64,000 nt of DNA from positions 6,386,001 through 6,450,000 of the forward strand of contig NC_043003.1 of NCBI RefSeq assembly GCF_006345805.1, in the 5' to 3' direction. This document shows positions 12,374 to 24,839 of this stretch, piece by piece. The position numbers and the translations under genes are program-made. Origin of the DNA: Octopus sinensis. Its lineage: Eukaryota. The first letter of the stretch is position 1; each line of letters begins with the position of its first letter. The notes under the pieces are model-generated. The model did not search any database and was not told where the DNA came from. It saw only the letters and a program-made list of their open reading frames with translations.

Positions 12374-12860
12374 ATATATATATATGTGTTTGTGTGTCTG
12401 TGTTGTCCTCCTAGCATTGCTTGACAACCGATGCTGGTGTGTTTACGTTCCCGTCACTTAGCGGTTCGGCAAAAAGAGACCGATAGAATAAGTACTGGGC
12501 TTACAAAGAATAAGCCCCGGGGTCGATTTGCTCGACTAAAGGCGGTGCTCCAGCATGGCCGCAGTCAAATGACTGAAACAAGTAAAAGAGTAAAAGAGTA
12601 AAGAGATAAATATATAAATATATGTGTTTGTGTGTCTGTGTTTGTCCTCCTAGCATTGCTTGACAACCGATGCTGGTGTGTTTACGTTCCCGTCACTTAG
12701 CGGTTCGGCAAAAAGAGACCGATAGAATAAGTACTGGGCTTACAAAGAATAAGCCCCGGGGTCGATTTGCTCGACTAAAGGCGGTGCTCCAGCACGGCCG
12801 CAGTCAAATGACTGAAACAAGTAAAAGAGTAAAAGAGTAAAGAGATAAATATATAAATAT
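12167..12860 (+). mobile_element. SINE family B with a 239-bp tandem duplication of its 3' half
   Basis: Full copy 12167-12603; the 3' half plus downstream flank is repeated at offset 239 with shared private variants. Confidence 0.92.
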
Positions 12861-12869
12861 ATGAATTCA

Positions 12870-13232
12870 TTCATGCATAGAACATGGTCTGCCTGACTGA
12901 CTCCCATACCGGTGGCACGTAAAAAAACATCTGAACCTAGCTGATACCAGTACACCCTGACTGGCCCCCATGCCAGTGGCACATAAAAAGCACTATCTGA
13001 ATGTGATTGATGCCAGGATCACCTGACCGACTCCTGTGCCAGTGGCACGTAAAAAGCATCCACTACACTCTCGGAGTGGTTGGCATTAGGAAGGGCATCC
13101 AGCTGTAGAAACATTGACAGATCGGATTGGAGCCTGGTGCAGCCGCTGGCTCTCCAGACCTCAGTCAAACCGTCCAACCCATGCCAGCATGGAAAACAGA
13201 TGGTAAGCGATGATGATGGTGATGATGATGAT
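12870..13232 (+). mobile_element. Family C copy
   Basis: gtggcacgtaaaaag repeats, ttggcattaggaagggcatccagctgtagaaa, (gat)n tail. Confidence 0.88.
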
Positions 13233-13800
13233 ATAGACATGCCTGTATGCGTGATATCATATGTAATATGCACTGTTGTTTTTGGGTTCTCCCACCCCAT
13301 ATTTCCTTCCAGTAAATTTAACCATCCATATCTATTGCCATGGAAACTGAGTGGAGATGTGGTTAGCAGAGCATGTTGTAGAGTAAGTTGTAACTGGAGT
13401 GGAGGGAAGCTTCTGAAGGATGAGTGGTGACACAGTATCACCAATAATTTTTCCCTCCACCACCACCACCACCACCACCACCATCATCATCACTACCATT
13501 CTCCAGCTGAGTGGGTTACTTGAGGTAACTTAAGTAAAGGTTATTCACCCAAGAGAACCCCAGTAAAGTGGGAAACTGAATGAAGCCTAAGATACATAAA
13601 TTACCCGAGACAACTTATATTATTTGAATCAAGTAGGGTACCCCAGGTACCCTAAACAATAAACTAAGTCAACCCAGTTAGATTAACATAAGTTTCCTCA
13701 GCTGATTAGGAAAAATCTACCCAAAGATTAACGGGTAGAACGATTCTAGAGTAGCTTTGCAAAGTAGATTAAATGCAAATGTACTTTTGAATAATAGATA

Positions 13801-14060
13801 AGCTAGGGTACCCTTGGAAAGTAAGTAAATCTAGGGGTATCCCAAAAGGTAAATTAATCCAGGGTATCATGAAAGAGAGATTGATATAGGGGTATCCTGA
13901 AAGGTAAATTAATCCAGGGTATCATGAAAGAGAGATTGATATAGGGGTATCCTGAAAGGTAAATTAATCCAGGGTGTCATGAAAGAGAGATTAATATAGG
14001 GGTATCCGGAAAGGTAGATTAGACTAAGAGTACCCTGAAAGAGAGATCGTTCCAGGATAC
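13801..14060. repeat. Minisatellite, 55-bp dimeric unit (28+27 bp) x ~4
   Basis: taggggtat recurs at 13832, 13887, 13942 and 13997; each unit contains two gggtatc..gaaag subunits. Confidence 0.92.
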
Positions 14061-14123
14061 TCTTGTTATGTCCCCTAAATTTAAAAATCGATTTCAAATT
14101 CTGGTACAAGACCAGCAATTTCA

Positions 14124-14285
14124 GGGGAGGGGTAATTTGATTAGATTGACCCCCACTATTTATTTTATTTATTCTCTCAATCCCGAAAGGCCAAGTCAAC
14201 CTCGGCAGAATTTGAACTCAGATCATAAGGACAGACAAAACACTGCTAAGCATTTTGCCTGACATGCAAACGATTCTGTCAGCTC
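14124..14285 (-). mobile_element. Old SINE A-like copy
   Basis: aagtcaacctcggcagaatttgaactcaga...ctaagcatttt. Confidence 0.7.
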
Positions 14286-14406
14286 ATTACCGCTTTCCCT
14301 TGAATGAACCCCTGAAATATAATTACAATATTACAATATGGAATAAAAAAAAAAAAGTCTTTCCCAACACCCTCATCATGATATATACATGCAAGGGGGA
14401 GGGGTG

Positions 14407-14439
<33 letters not shown>

Positions 14440-15049
14440 ACAGTTGTAGTAATGTGAATGATTGATGTTCTGTGTGTGTGTGTGTGTGTAATTTAATGTT
14501 AATGCGATGAATTTTGTCAGCTGTGGGCTGCATGTGAGTTGTGTAGCGCATGTTTTATGTAAGATGTGTGGGTGGGGGTGGGGCAGTGCATTGTAATGTG
14601 CTTTGTAGACAAGAAAATCATGTGTGGCATGTAGCGATGGTGTGTATCAATGTAAACACACAAAATCCTCATCCGTAAAAATGATTGGTTCTTCATCTAC
14701 ACGCACACATGCACACACACACACACACGCACGCACGCACGCACACACACCATACATTAACTTTCCCCTGCACACCACACACTTGTCTCCACATCCCACC
14801 CCCCCAAGTAGACAGTTTGTCAAAAAGCCAGGAAAGGAGGCATTAGTAACGCTGCTTAGTTAGCAGGATGTGGGTACATGTGTGACCTCATATCAACACC
14901 ATCTGCTTGACCACTTGTTTCACTGATAACTCTCAATAAATTCATTACAATACTTTCAACCACTGTCTCTTAGCAACAACAGAACAAAATGACAGTTGTA
15001 TGGTGATTGCTCTCCTATTGAAAGGCTTCACTTGCTAAACTGAAATGTG

Positions 15050-15150
15050 TTGTTGTTTAACCCCAGGTCAGGCCTGATCCACCTAACCCTATGATCAAAG
15101 ATATTTTAGCTGGAATCACCCTGTCTTACATTCAATGTCTCTAGGACCAT
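15050..15150 (-). repeat. Dispersed repeat family F, 3' end
   Basis: gttgttgtttaaccccaggtcaggcctgatc...tatgatcaaag; homologous to 18905-19080, 50260-50580, 53035-53195, 58135-58300 and 62260-62630. Confidence 0.6.
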
Positions 15151-15287
15151 AAAATCATGGGGCAGTATTCATGTTTTAAGACAGAAAATCAATAAACCAG
15201 TGATTGATCTGTTAGAAACCTATCACTAATTACTCTACTGTGATTGGCTCCATTGGATATCTATAATTTACAGTGAAACTGTGATTG

Positions 15288-15740
15288 GTTGAGTTAGATA
15301 AGTTAATTTTTTGGCTCAAAAAGCACAAAGCAAGGCCATGTAGGGGGACATGGAGTTATGTACAGGGAGGGTGTTCATGCAAAGAGTTCAGGCCATTTCT
15401 GGTCAAGACAGACTTTGAACCAAGCGGTCGTCGGCATCTTCACTATCTCATCCGGCAGCTTATTCCACAGATCCGCAACCCGGGACAGAGAAAGCCCCTC
15501 TCCTTCGATTGAGATGAAATCGTCACAGATAGAGCTTTTTGGAGTGACCCCGCAGCCGATGCTCTGGAGCAGGAGTGAAGGACAGCTCTTTCGAGAGGTT
15601 ACACTTTCCGCTTATGATGTTGTGAGCAAGAATGAGATCACCACGTCATCATCGTTTTTCTAGAGAATAAAGGTCAAGCGTCTTCAGCCTTTCTTCCTAA
15701 GAAAAATGCTTGAGACCAAGAACCATGCGGGTAGCCAGCT
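15288..15740 (-). mobile_element. CR1-clade LINE 3' fragment
   Basis: Minus-strand translation LATRMVLGLKHFS*EERLKTLDLYSLEKR**RGDLI...RLRGHSKKL...VADLWNKLP...FKVCLD, the CR1/L2 ORF2 C-terminus, followed by a short 3' UTR. Confidence 0.92.
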
Positions 15741-16489
15741 TGAGGGCTGAGACAGGGCTAAACAACAACCCATCTATCAATAAAAAAGCTCTCCCTCGCT
15801 CCATTGACAAGGTGGACTTTGGCAACTCATTTAGAAACGATGAGAGAGAAAAAAAAATTAATCCAAGAGCACCAGGATTTGATCTTACAACTCATGGCTT
15901 TAAAACTAATATCTGACTAGATCCACACAACCAGTTGGTCCCTGAACCCAACATAACTGTGTAAGATATAGCAACAGGGTTACAAACTGGATATTAATTT
16001 TATCAACTTGCAGAGAGATTCACTGCTTAATCGGGGTGGGGGATAAGGTATGTAGCAGGGGGGGTTAGTGATAGTGAGTCGAGGGGGGTAGAGGGGGGGG
16101 ATATGAAGAGAGGTTGTCAATGCAGTGATGTGGGGGGAAGTAAAAAGGGAGGAGGGGAGAGCATTCACCTTTAAATGTCTCCACCCCCCCCACACACACC
16201 ACTACTACAGCTGGGGGTGGGGAAGTGAGGGAGTGAGGGAGGAAAGCGCCAGCAGGCCAGGTTTTCACAGAAGATTACAATAAAATAAACTGGTTCTCAA
16301 TAAAACGGTGAGAAATTTTATGACTCAACAGCTTATCTTTTAGAAAGGGGTCTACACTAGGAGTATAATCTGGGGGTTAATCTCTCATCATCATCATTAC
16401 TATTGTCATTGTTGTTGTTGTTGACTTGGAATAGTTGTGACATTAGAGAGATGGACAGATAGGGATAATGTGCTTATAAATTGATACAC

Positions 16490-16554
<65 letters not shown>

Positions 16555-17077
16555 GATATGCGGAATACCTCAGTTAATAACCCAGATACATTCTTAAAAC
16601 ATTCTTGAAACCATGGCTAACTACTGTCAATTTGACATAGGAGAAGAGATCTGTGCTAGTTTCAACAGTGTTGGGAACAATATTAGAAGGTGAAACACAT
16701 CACCAATTCCACAGACTCATTGGTGGTGCATCCTCAAAGAACTTGACATCTTTGGGTAACCTGACATGATACACTTGTTGCGCATCGTGATTTTCTTAAG
16801 TTAAAGTAAAATTAACAAAGAAGCTTGATTAAGATCCAGTATTACAATAAAATTATAAAACTGGATTAATTAATGAACTTTAATCACACGTATATAAATC
16901 TACTCAGCATTACTTTAATCAAACAGTGAGAAATGAGAGCAAAGTGATAAGATCTAGGACAAAGGTTCAATCTTTGGTTCTTCCTCAACAATACATCAAA
17001 TACCTTTAGTATTTTGGGAGATATTCGCTCATGAAACAATTCACATTTACCAAAATGTCTTATCCAAAAAACATCCC

Positions 17078-17470
17078 TTTGCTTCATCATCATCATCATC
17101 ATCGTTTAATGTCTGTTTTCCGTGCTAGCATGGGTTGGACGGTTCGACCGGGGTCTGAGAAGCCAGGTGGTTGCACCAGGCTCCAGTCTGATCTGGCAGT
17201 ATTTCTACAGCTGGATGCCCTTCCTAACACCAACCACTCCATGAGTGTAGTGAGTGCTTTTTACGTGCCACTTGCACAGGTACCAGGGGAGGCTGGCAGT
17301 GGCCACAATCGGTTGGTGCTTTTTACGTGCCACCAGCACGGAAGCCAGTCATGGCAGCACTGGTATCGGCCACGTTCGGATGGTGCTTTTTACATGCCAC
17401 CAGCACAAGTATCACAACTACAATTTCCATTTGACATTTATATTGATGTTGATGTACTTATCAATTATCA
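17078..17470 (-). mobile_element. Family C copy
   Basis: (cat)n tail through caactacaatttccatttg. Confidence 0.9.
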
Positions 17471-17780
17471 AGAATTGCCTAAAATTCAAGTTTACATTCT
17501 TCACAATAGTTTTTCACTTCTGGACAAAAGCATCAAACAAACTAATGAATGAACATTTCTGATGTTACCCACACTTTCTTAGAATTCTAAATCACAGACC
17601 ATTGAGGGTTAATTTTGACATTTTCCTCGTTAGGCATAATGTTTCTCATTAATAAACATCAACCACTGACATCACCTGAAACCCTACCAACAAATAATTA
17701 ATGTTAAATGTCTTTTGCTAGTTTTGAATCCAAAAGTGTGTTTCTTTCCCTGAAGATGAACATCAGGAATGGCGTAATAT

Positions 17781-17984
17781 TTACCCCTTTTGATACCCAC
17801 CCAAAACTCAATCTGGTTCTATGATACAATTTTTCTGTTTTCAAGTGATCTGAATTTAAACCTTCTGCCATCAAAATTTCTTTCAAATTTATGTTCCAAA
17901 CATAATTAATGGCAAAATTGTTTTGCTAAATTTTTCATTAAAATGTAATTCAACAGAAACAAAATAGAGTAACAAAATGGTTAA
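17781..17984. mobile_element. Possible degenerate TTAA-type MITE
   Basis: Ends ttacccctttt.. / ..aacaaaatggttaa; internal similarity to 27640-27890. Confidence 0.35.
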
Positions 17985-18224
17985 GAACAGCCCCTGATTC
18001 CTCTTCATTGAAATACAAGTCAATTCTCAAGAACCCCTTCACTGCCTGTATTTTTTGCCAAACATATAGAAACTGGCATCAAAATTATGTCAGTATTCAG
18101 GGTCAATTAAATAAGTACCAGTTATGCACTGGGGTCAATGTAATTGACTAGCCCTCTTCCCCAAAAATTTTCAAGGCCTTGTGTCTAGAGTAGAAATAAT
18201 AATAATAATAATTATTATTATTAT

Positions 18225-18830
18225 TATTATTGAAGCAGAAAAGCTGACAGAATCATTAGCATGCCAGAGAAAACACTTAGCAACATTTCACCCGTGCTTT
18301 ACATTCTGAGTTCAAATCCTGAAGTCAATTTTGCCTTACATCATCATCATCATCATTTAACGTCCACTTTCCATGCTAGCATGGGTTGGAGGTATGACTG
18401 AGGGCTGGCAAACCAGATGGCTGCACCAGGCTCCAATCTTGATTTGGCAGAGTTTCTACAGCTGGATGCCCTTCCTATCGCCAACCACTCCGAGAGTGTA
18501 GTGCCACCGGCATGGGGGGGCCAGTCAGGTGGTACTGGCAATGACGTCGCTCGAATCTTTTTACACAGGTGCCAGTAAGGCGACGTTGGTAACAATCACA
18601 CTCAAATAGTGCCCTTTTACGTGCCACCGGCACGGAAGCCAGTTGGCTGCTCTGGTAACGATCACGCTCGGATGGTGCTCTTGCCACCCTACTAGCACAG
18701 GCACAAGTGCCAGTAAGGCGACACTGAATAATTACCAGTTGCGCAGTTGATATAATCGACAAGCCCACCCCACCAAAAAAAAATTTCAGGCCTTGTGCCA
18801 TTATTTGCAATCATCATTATTATTATTATT
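18225..18830 (+). mobile_element. Old SINE A' copy interrupted by a minus-strand family C insert (18340-18725)
   Basis: Head to gcctta(c)atc, C insert, then resumes taccagttgcgcag...tttcaggccttgtgcc. Confidence 0.8.
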
Positions 18831-18904
18831 ATCTAGTGCTGTCCCACCAAAAATATCAACTCCAAGAAGAAATTAACAACACAGCCAGATGTGTAAGGGC
18901 CTGG

Positions 18905-19080
18905 CTAAAAATAGCAGCCAAATACCTTTCAAATGACACCATCTTAAAGCTGGAAACACTGAAGGATGTAGCCTTAGATAAACGATTCTTGAAAATAGAC
19001 AGGAAGGTCATAGTTGGAATGATTTTGATCATAGGGTCTACTGGATCAGAAGAGACCTGGGGTTAAACATCAACAAGAAA
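18905..19080 (+). repeat. Dispersed repeat family F
   Basis: aaatagcagccaaat ... ttgatcatagg ... ggggttaaacatcaac. Confidence 0.65.
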
Positions 19081-19487
19081 TTAAGTGTTTGGTCAGTGAG
19101 GACGAAGTAACAACAACAACAACAACAAAAACACTTAGAGAGTCAGTGACATTTCTCTTTTACACACACACAGAGTAGTCTCCACAGAAAGGAAGCAGGG
19201 TTTTAAGTAGTTTGACAGTTGCCAAGGCAACGAAACAGCAGGTACAACAACAACAAGAACAGTGACTGTTGCTGCTGCTGCAGCTGGGAGGGGAGAGTAG
19301 GGAGTAGAGGAGGAAGGAAGGAAACCAGATGCATTATGTGTGCGTGTGTGTGTGTGCATGCGTGTGTGTGTGTGTGTGTGTGTTTCAGTAGGAAGAATGA
19401 TGTATAGAGGTACTTGCTGCATATAACTGGGTGTAAATGTCTATGTGTATAAACTTACATACATACATACATGTGTGTGTGTGTATT

Positions 19488-19521
<34 letters not shown>

Positions 19522-19562
19522 TGGTGCAAGATGAGAAAGGCTAACACTTGGGAGAAAGAAGA

Positions 19563-19630
19563 CAGCGTGGTGGTGGTGGTGGTGGTGATGGTGGTGGTGG
19601 TGGTGGTGGTGGTGGTGGTGGTGATGGTGA
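19563..19630. repeat. (GGT)n microsatellite
   Basis: Direct reading. Confidence 0.95.
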
Positions 19631-20114
19631 CAGTAGCAAATACTTAGAGTGGTTGTGTGACCCTAGGGCAATGGTGACCTCAGTGCAATTTGCACACACA
19701 CACACACACACACACAGGTATCCACACACCAACACAAAGGACCCCCATGTAGCCCCTCTTCACATCATTACCAAGTGGCATTCATTAGGAAAACAGAGAA
19801 AAGCAATTACGAGACTTGCACAGCCTGTGTTCAACATGTGCGCCCTTATCGCAGCCATTGCACCACACCCACCACCCCTACCACACCCAGCCCCACAGAC
19901 CTGTTCCACACAGTCTCCAACCTCCACCCACATCACCACCATCACTACACACACACTCTCTCCCTTTCACTCCCTAATAAGGGTCTTCAGTGTGGTCTCT
20001 TGACCTGCAAGAAATAGCAGCCATTACACCTGCTATCATATTCTACTGCTTTAAATAATGAAGGACACTTCACCTAATATACTTCAAGATGCAGTGTGTT
20101 ATTAGATGTAATGG

Positions 20115-20741
20115 TCACGGCTGTGTAGTAAGAAGTTTGCTTCCCGGCCACGTGGATCCAGGTTCAGTCCCACTGCATGGCAGCTTGGGCAAGTGTGTTC
20201 TACTATTGCCTCGGGCCGACCAAAGCCTTGTCAATGGATTTGGTAGAAGGAAACTGAAAGAAGCCTCTCATATATGTGTGCATGTGTCTTTTGTCCCCCA
20301 CTACCACTTGACAACTGATGGTGTGTTTACATCCATGTAGGAGTGGCTGTGTGGTAAGTAGCTTGCTTCCCAACCACATGGTCCTGGGTTCAGTCCCACT
20401 GCATGGCACCTTGGGTGTCTTCTACTATAGCCTCGGGCCGACCAAAGCCTTGTGAGTGGATTTGGTAGACGGAAACTGAAAAAAGCCCGTCGTATATATG
20501 TATATAGTGTGTGTGTGTGTGTGTGTGTATGTGTGTGTGTGTGTGTTTGTGTATCTGTGCTTGTCCCCACCAACATCGCTTGACAACGATGTGTTTACGT
20601 CCCTGTAACTTAGCGGTTTGACAAAAGAGACTGATAGAATAAGTACTAGGCTTACAAAGAATAAGTCCTGGGGTCGATTTGGTCGACTAAAGGTGGTGCT
20701 CCAGCATGGCCGCAGTCACATGACTGAAACAAGTAAAAGAC
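20115..20741 (+). mobile_element. Two tandem SINE B copies (degenerate 20115-20335; full 20337-20741)
   Basis: Two heads, one complete tail. Confidence 0.88.
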
Positions 20742-20753
20742 AGAAGATATATA

Positions 20754-21003
20754 CTCTTTTATTCTTTTACTTGTTTCAGTCATTTGACTGCGGCCATGCT
20801 GGAGCACCACCTTTTGTTGAGCAAATCGACCCCAGGACTTATTCTTTGTAAACCCAGTACTTATTCTGTTGGTTACTTTTTGCTGAACTGCTAAGTGACG
20901 GGGATGTAAACACACCAACATCGGTTGTCAAGCGATGATGTGGAGGGGGGGGGGACAAACACACACACACACTAACACATACATACATATATACGACGGG
21001 CTT

Positions 21004-21041
<38 letters not shown>

Positions 21042-21198
21042 GACGGGCTTCTTTCAGTTTCTGTCTACCAAATCCATTCAAAAGGCTTTGGTCGGCCTGA
21101 GACCACAATAGAAGACACTTGCCCAAGGTGCCATGCAGTGGGACTGAACCTGGAATCATGTAGTTGGGAAGCAAGCTACTTACCACACAGCCACTACT
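20754..21198 (-). mobile_element. SINE family B, tail-to-tail with the preceding copy
   Basis: Tail ttttacttgtttcag at ~20765; head ends cacacagccact. Confidence 0.9.
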
Positions 21199-22229
21199 GT
21201 GCCTCTGTGTGTGTATCTATGTATATAGTCCAATACTTCCCAGTGTATGATTTTCTTCATACAGTGTATAATCTGAAGGAGATTTTGGCTGCTATTTTTA
21301 GCTGGTTCAGTTACCACCACAGAGGTTCCTTTTTTGGTTTGCGTGTTCTTCCCTTTGTTAAGGAGAATGATTTGAAGAAAGATTTGGTTGCTATTTTTAG
21401 CACAACAAGCAGCAGACTGAAAGGGAGCCCAGGGTCCCTTGGTTGGCTTCCAGAAACCCCCTCATCACAGTAGTTGGTGAAATAACTGACACTGGTAGAG
21501 GGGGGAGGAGTATGTAGTGTATTAGGATTATAACTGGTGGAGGTGGTAAGATACTCTTGTCACCCCCCACCCCAATCCCCCACCATGCAGAAAAGGGGTG
21601 GGGTGTGTAACCTGACACCCAAGATGGAATAAATGAATGACTGTATGAAGAAGAGAAATGATCAGGGTGGCAGTGGTGTGAGGGTGTGTGTGTGTGGGGG
21701 GTGAAAGACAGCAGGTGGTGGGAGTGGTGAGGGTGGAGGGGGTGGAGGCTCATTGAAAGTCTCTGAATGTACTTCAGCAGTGTCTCCCACACTTGGAGTA
21801 ATTCAATACTGACTGTGGCGGTGGTGGTGCAGAGGGTTACTGTGTTGAGGTGATGATGGTGACAGAGATGATGATGATTAACATGGTTACAGCAATGGCA
21901 GTGGTGGTGGTGGTTGGTTGTGGTGGTTGTGGTGGTGGTGGTGGTTGTGGTGGTGGTGGTGGTGGTAGTGGTGGTTGTGGTAACAAAATGGCAGTGGTGG
22001 AGGAGAGGGGTGATTAACAGTGGAGAGTAAAATCATGAAGCACCACCACCACCATCACCTAAACTTGTTTTAATTTACAGCAGTTGCTATGACAACTGGG
22101 TGGTTTAGTTTATTTAAAAATACAGTTTTAAAGAATAAATTAGTGAAGTTAATACCATTTGTAGAGGGGGGGAAGAAATAACTAGAATGCAAAACCATCA
22201 TCATCATCACAACAATCATCACCATTCTC

Positions 22230-22965
22230 TCTCTTTTACTCTTTTACTTGTTGCAGTCATTTGACTGCGGCCATGCTGGAGCACCGCCTGTAGTCGAGCA
22301 AATCAACCACCAGGACTTATTCTTTATAAGCTTAGTACTTATTCTATAGGTCTCTTTTGCTGAACCACTAAGTGACGGGGACATAAACACACCACCATCG
22401 GTTGTCAAGTGATGTTGGGGGACAAACTGACACACAAACATATACATACACACACACATATATATATATCATCATTTAACGTCCGTTTTCCATGCTAGCA
22501 TGGGTTGTACGGTTCGACCGGTGTCTGGGAAGCCATGGAGGCTGCACCAGGCTCCAGTCTGATCTGGCAGAGTTTCTACAGCTGGATGCCCTTCCTAATG
22601 CCAACCACTCCGTGAGTGTAGTGGGTGCTTTTATGTGCCACTGGCACAGGGGCCAGAGCAGACTGGCAAACGACCACAATCGGTTGGTGTTTTTACGTGC
22701 CACCGACACGGACGCCAGTCAGGCAGTGCTGGCATATGCCACGTTCAGACAGTGCTTTTTACGTGTGAACGTGGCAGATGCTATATATATATACATACAT
22801 AAATACGACGGGCTTCTTTCAGTTTCCATCTACTAAATCCACTCACAAGGCTTTGGTCGGCCCGAGGCTATAGTAGAAGACACTTGCCCAAGGTGCCAAG
22901 CAGTGGGACTGAACCAGGAACCATGCAGTTGAGAAGCAAGCTACTTACCACACAGCCACTCCTGC
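22230..22965 (-). mobile_element. SINE family B split by a family C insertion (22468-22780) in its TA tract
   Basis: 3' half 22230-22465, C element, 5' half 22790-22965. Confidence 0.9.
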
Positions 22966-23624
22966 TACTATGATCATAAGTAATAAATTTAAAAAACCCT
23001 CCCCCTCCTTCCCCCTAAGTGGGGGGGTCTAAGTGATAATGGGTATGACGAGTATTTGTATGTTCATGCTGTGTTATACAACATGTACAAATATTTGTGT
23101 GTGTGTGTGTGCTATACAGGGTATATGTGTATAGAAAACTGCGTGTGTGTGTGTGTGTGCAAAACTGTATGTAAGCATATGACAGTATATGCATGGAATG
23201 TGAGTGTGTGTGAGACGTGTATGCGTGTTTATGAGCATGTATGAGTGTAGGAGAGAGAGAGGGAGAATGTATGTGTGTGTGTGAGTGTGTGTATGCATGA
23301 CGTGTACACCAGAGCAATATACCAGTGAGTGCATACTAACACAGCCATGAGTGCACTAATAACCATAGAGTTGCACCTCACATCACACCACACACACACA
23401 CACACACAAGTGTACTGTGGAAATGGTGGTAAAAGTGATGATCCTATATTTACCCACATAAATAAACAAGAGCAGGTATCAAGGGAGACTGTACAAATTA
23501 GGAGAAATAAAAGATTCAGAAACTATCCACCACCACCACCAAACCCATACACACACACACTCCTAATCCTAGATTGTGTAAGTGCATGCATATATTTGTG
23601 TGTGCGTGTGTCCAGTGCCCCCCC

Positions 23625-24200
23625 ACCGCCATTGTAAATCTTTCTCATCTCGATGTAGAGTGACCCCGCTGTTCTTGAGGAGACCTACTGAGTCAAGTAC
23701 ATCAACATCAAAATAATAATTCAAATGGAAATTGTAGTTAAGACACCCGTGCCGGTGACACGTAAAAAGCACCGTCCGAACGTGACAGATGCCAGTGCCG
23801 CCTGGCTGGCGTCCTTGTCATGACACGTAAAACGCACCAACTGATTGTGGCCATTTGGCAGCCTGCTCTGGCCCCTGTGCCGGTGGCACGTAAAAAGCAC
23901 CATCCGAACATGGCAGATGCCAGCACCGCCTGACTGGCGTCCGTGTTGGTAACACGTAAAACCACCAACCGTTCATGGCCGTTTGGCAGCCTGCTCTGGC
24001 CCCTGTGCTGGTGGCACGTAAAAAAACACCCACTACACTCATGAAGTGGTTGGCATTAGGAAGGGCATCCAGCTGTAGAAACACTGCCAGATCAGACTGG
24101 TGCCTGGTGCAGCCTCCATGGCTTACCAGAGCCCGGGTCGAACTGTCCAACCCATGCTAGCATGGAAAACGGACGTTAAATGACGATGATGATGATAATG
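23625..24200 (+). mobile_element. Long family C copy with ~5 tandem 3' UTR repeats
   Basis: Repeated gtgccggtggcacgtaaaaagcacc cores; upstream gaggagacctactgagtcaag matches the RTE 3' UTR near 40980. Confidence 0.9.
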
Positions 24201-24839
24201 ATATAAATTAGAGTATTTCTTTGTTAATTGCTTTATCAAGTGATTTGATCTCAATGATTGCCAGTTGCTACTAAAACACAATTACATCATCATTGCACGC
24301 CCATTTTCATTAGTCATCCAACCCCCACCCCACAACCACCACCCCACACATATGCAGGTCATTATGTTCATTACTAGTTTTGTTCTCTCCATGTTTGCTT
24401 TCATGTGGGAGTCACAAGACAAACATTCTCCATGGAGTGTGTGACTTCCGTTGGGAAAATATTTTTTTGCCAATTCTGCTAAAACTGTTTTAAATCTCCC
24501 AATAATTATTTTTTTTTTTATTCTCACAAAACAGCTGGCCCCAAAATTCTTAAACCCCCTTTTTTGAAATGATTTTAGAAATAAATTCCATGCAAGTCTT
24601 TACTGTGACAACAACAGATGCACGGGGTTCCGTTGACGTGTGCCCCTCTGTGTTTCAATGATCAAACCTGAAATCTGGTCTTGGAGGGTCTTGCTTGGAG
24701 GTCACTAAGTGCAAACAGGGCTGTGGGATACAATTAGGCAGGGGACGGGTGCAGAACATTTACATTTTCGCTTACTATTTTTGTTTGTTTTTGAGGGTTT
24801 TTTTTGTTTTTGCAATGATTAGACTATCACTGATCAACA

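Noticed and set aside
16030-16260. G-run clusters with G-quadruplex potential (also 7230-7310, 26515-26570)
   Set aside because: Common in this low-complexity background; no evidence of function; not telomeric repeats.
16570-16830. Non-repetitive segment with a possible minus-strand acceptor
   Set aside because: All three frames hit stops and no donor or homology was recognised.
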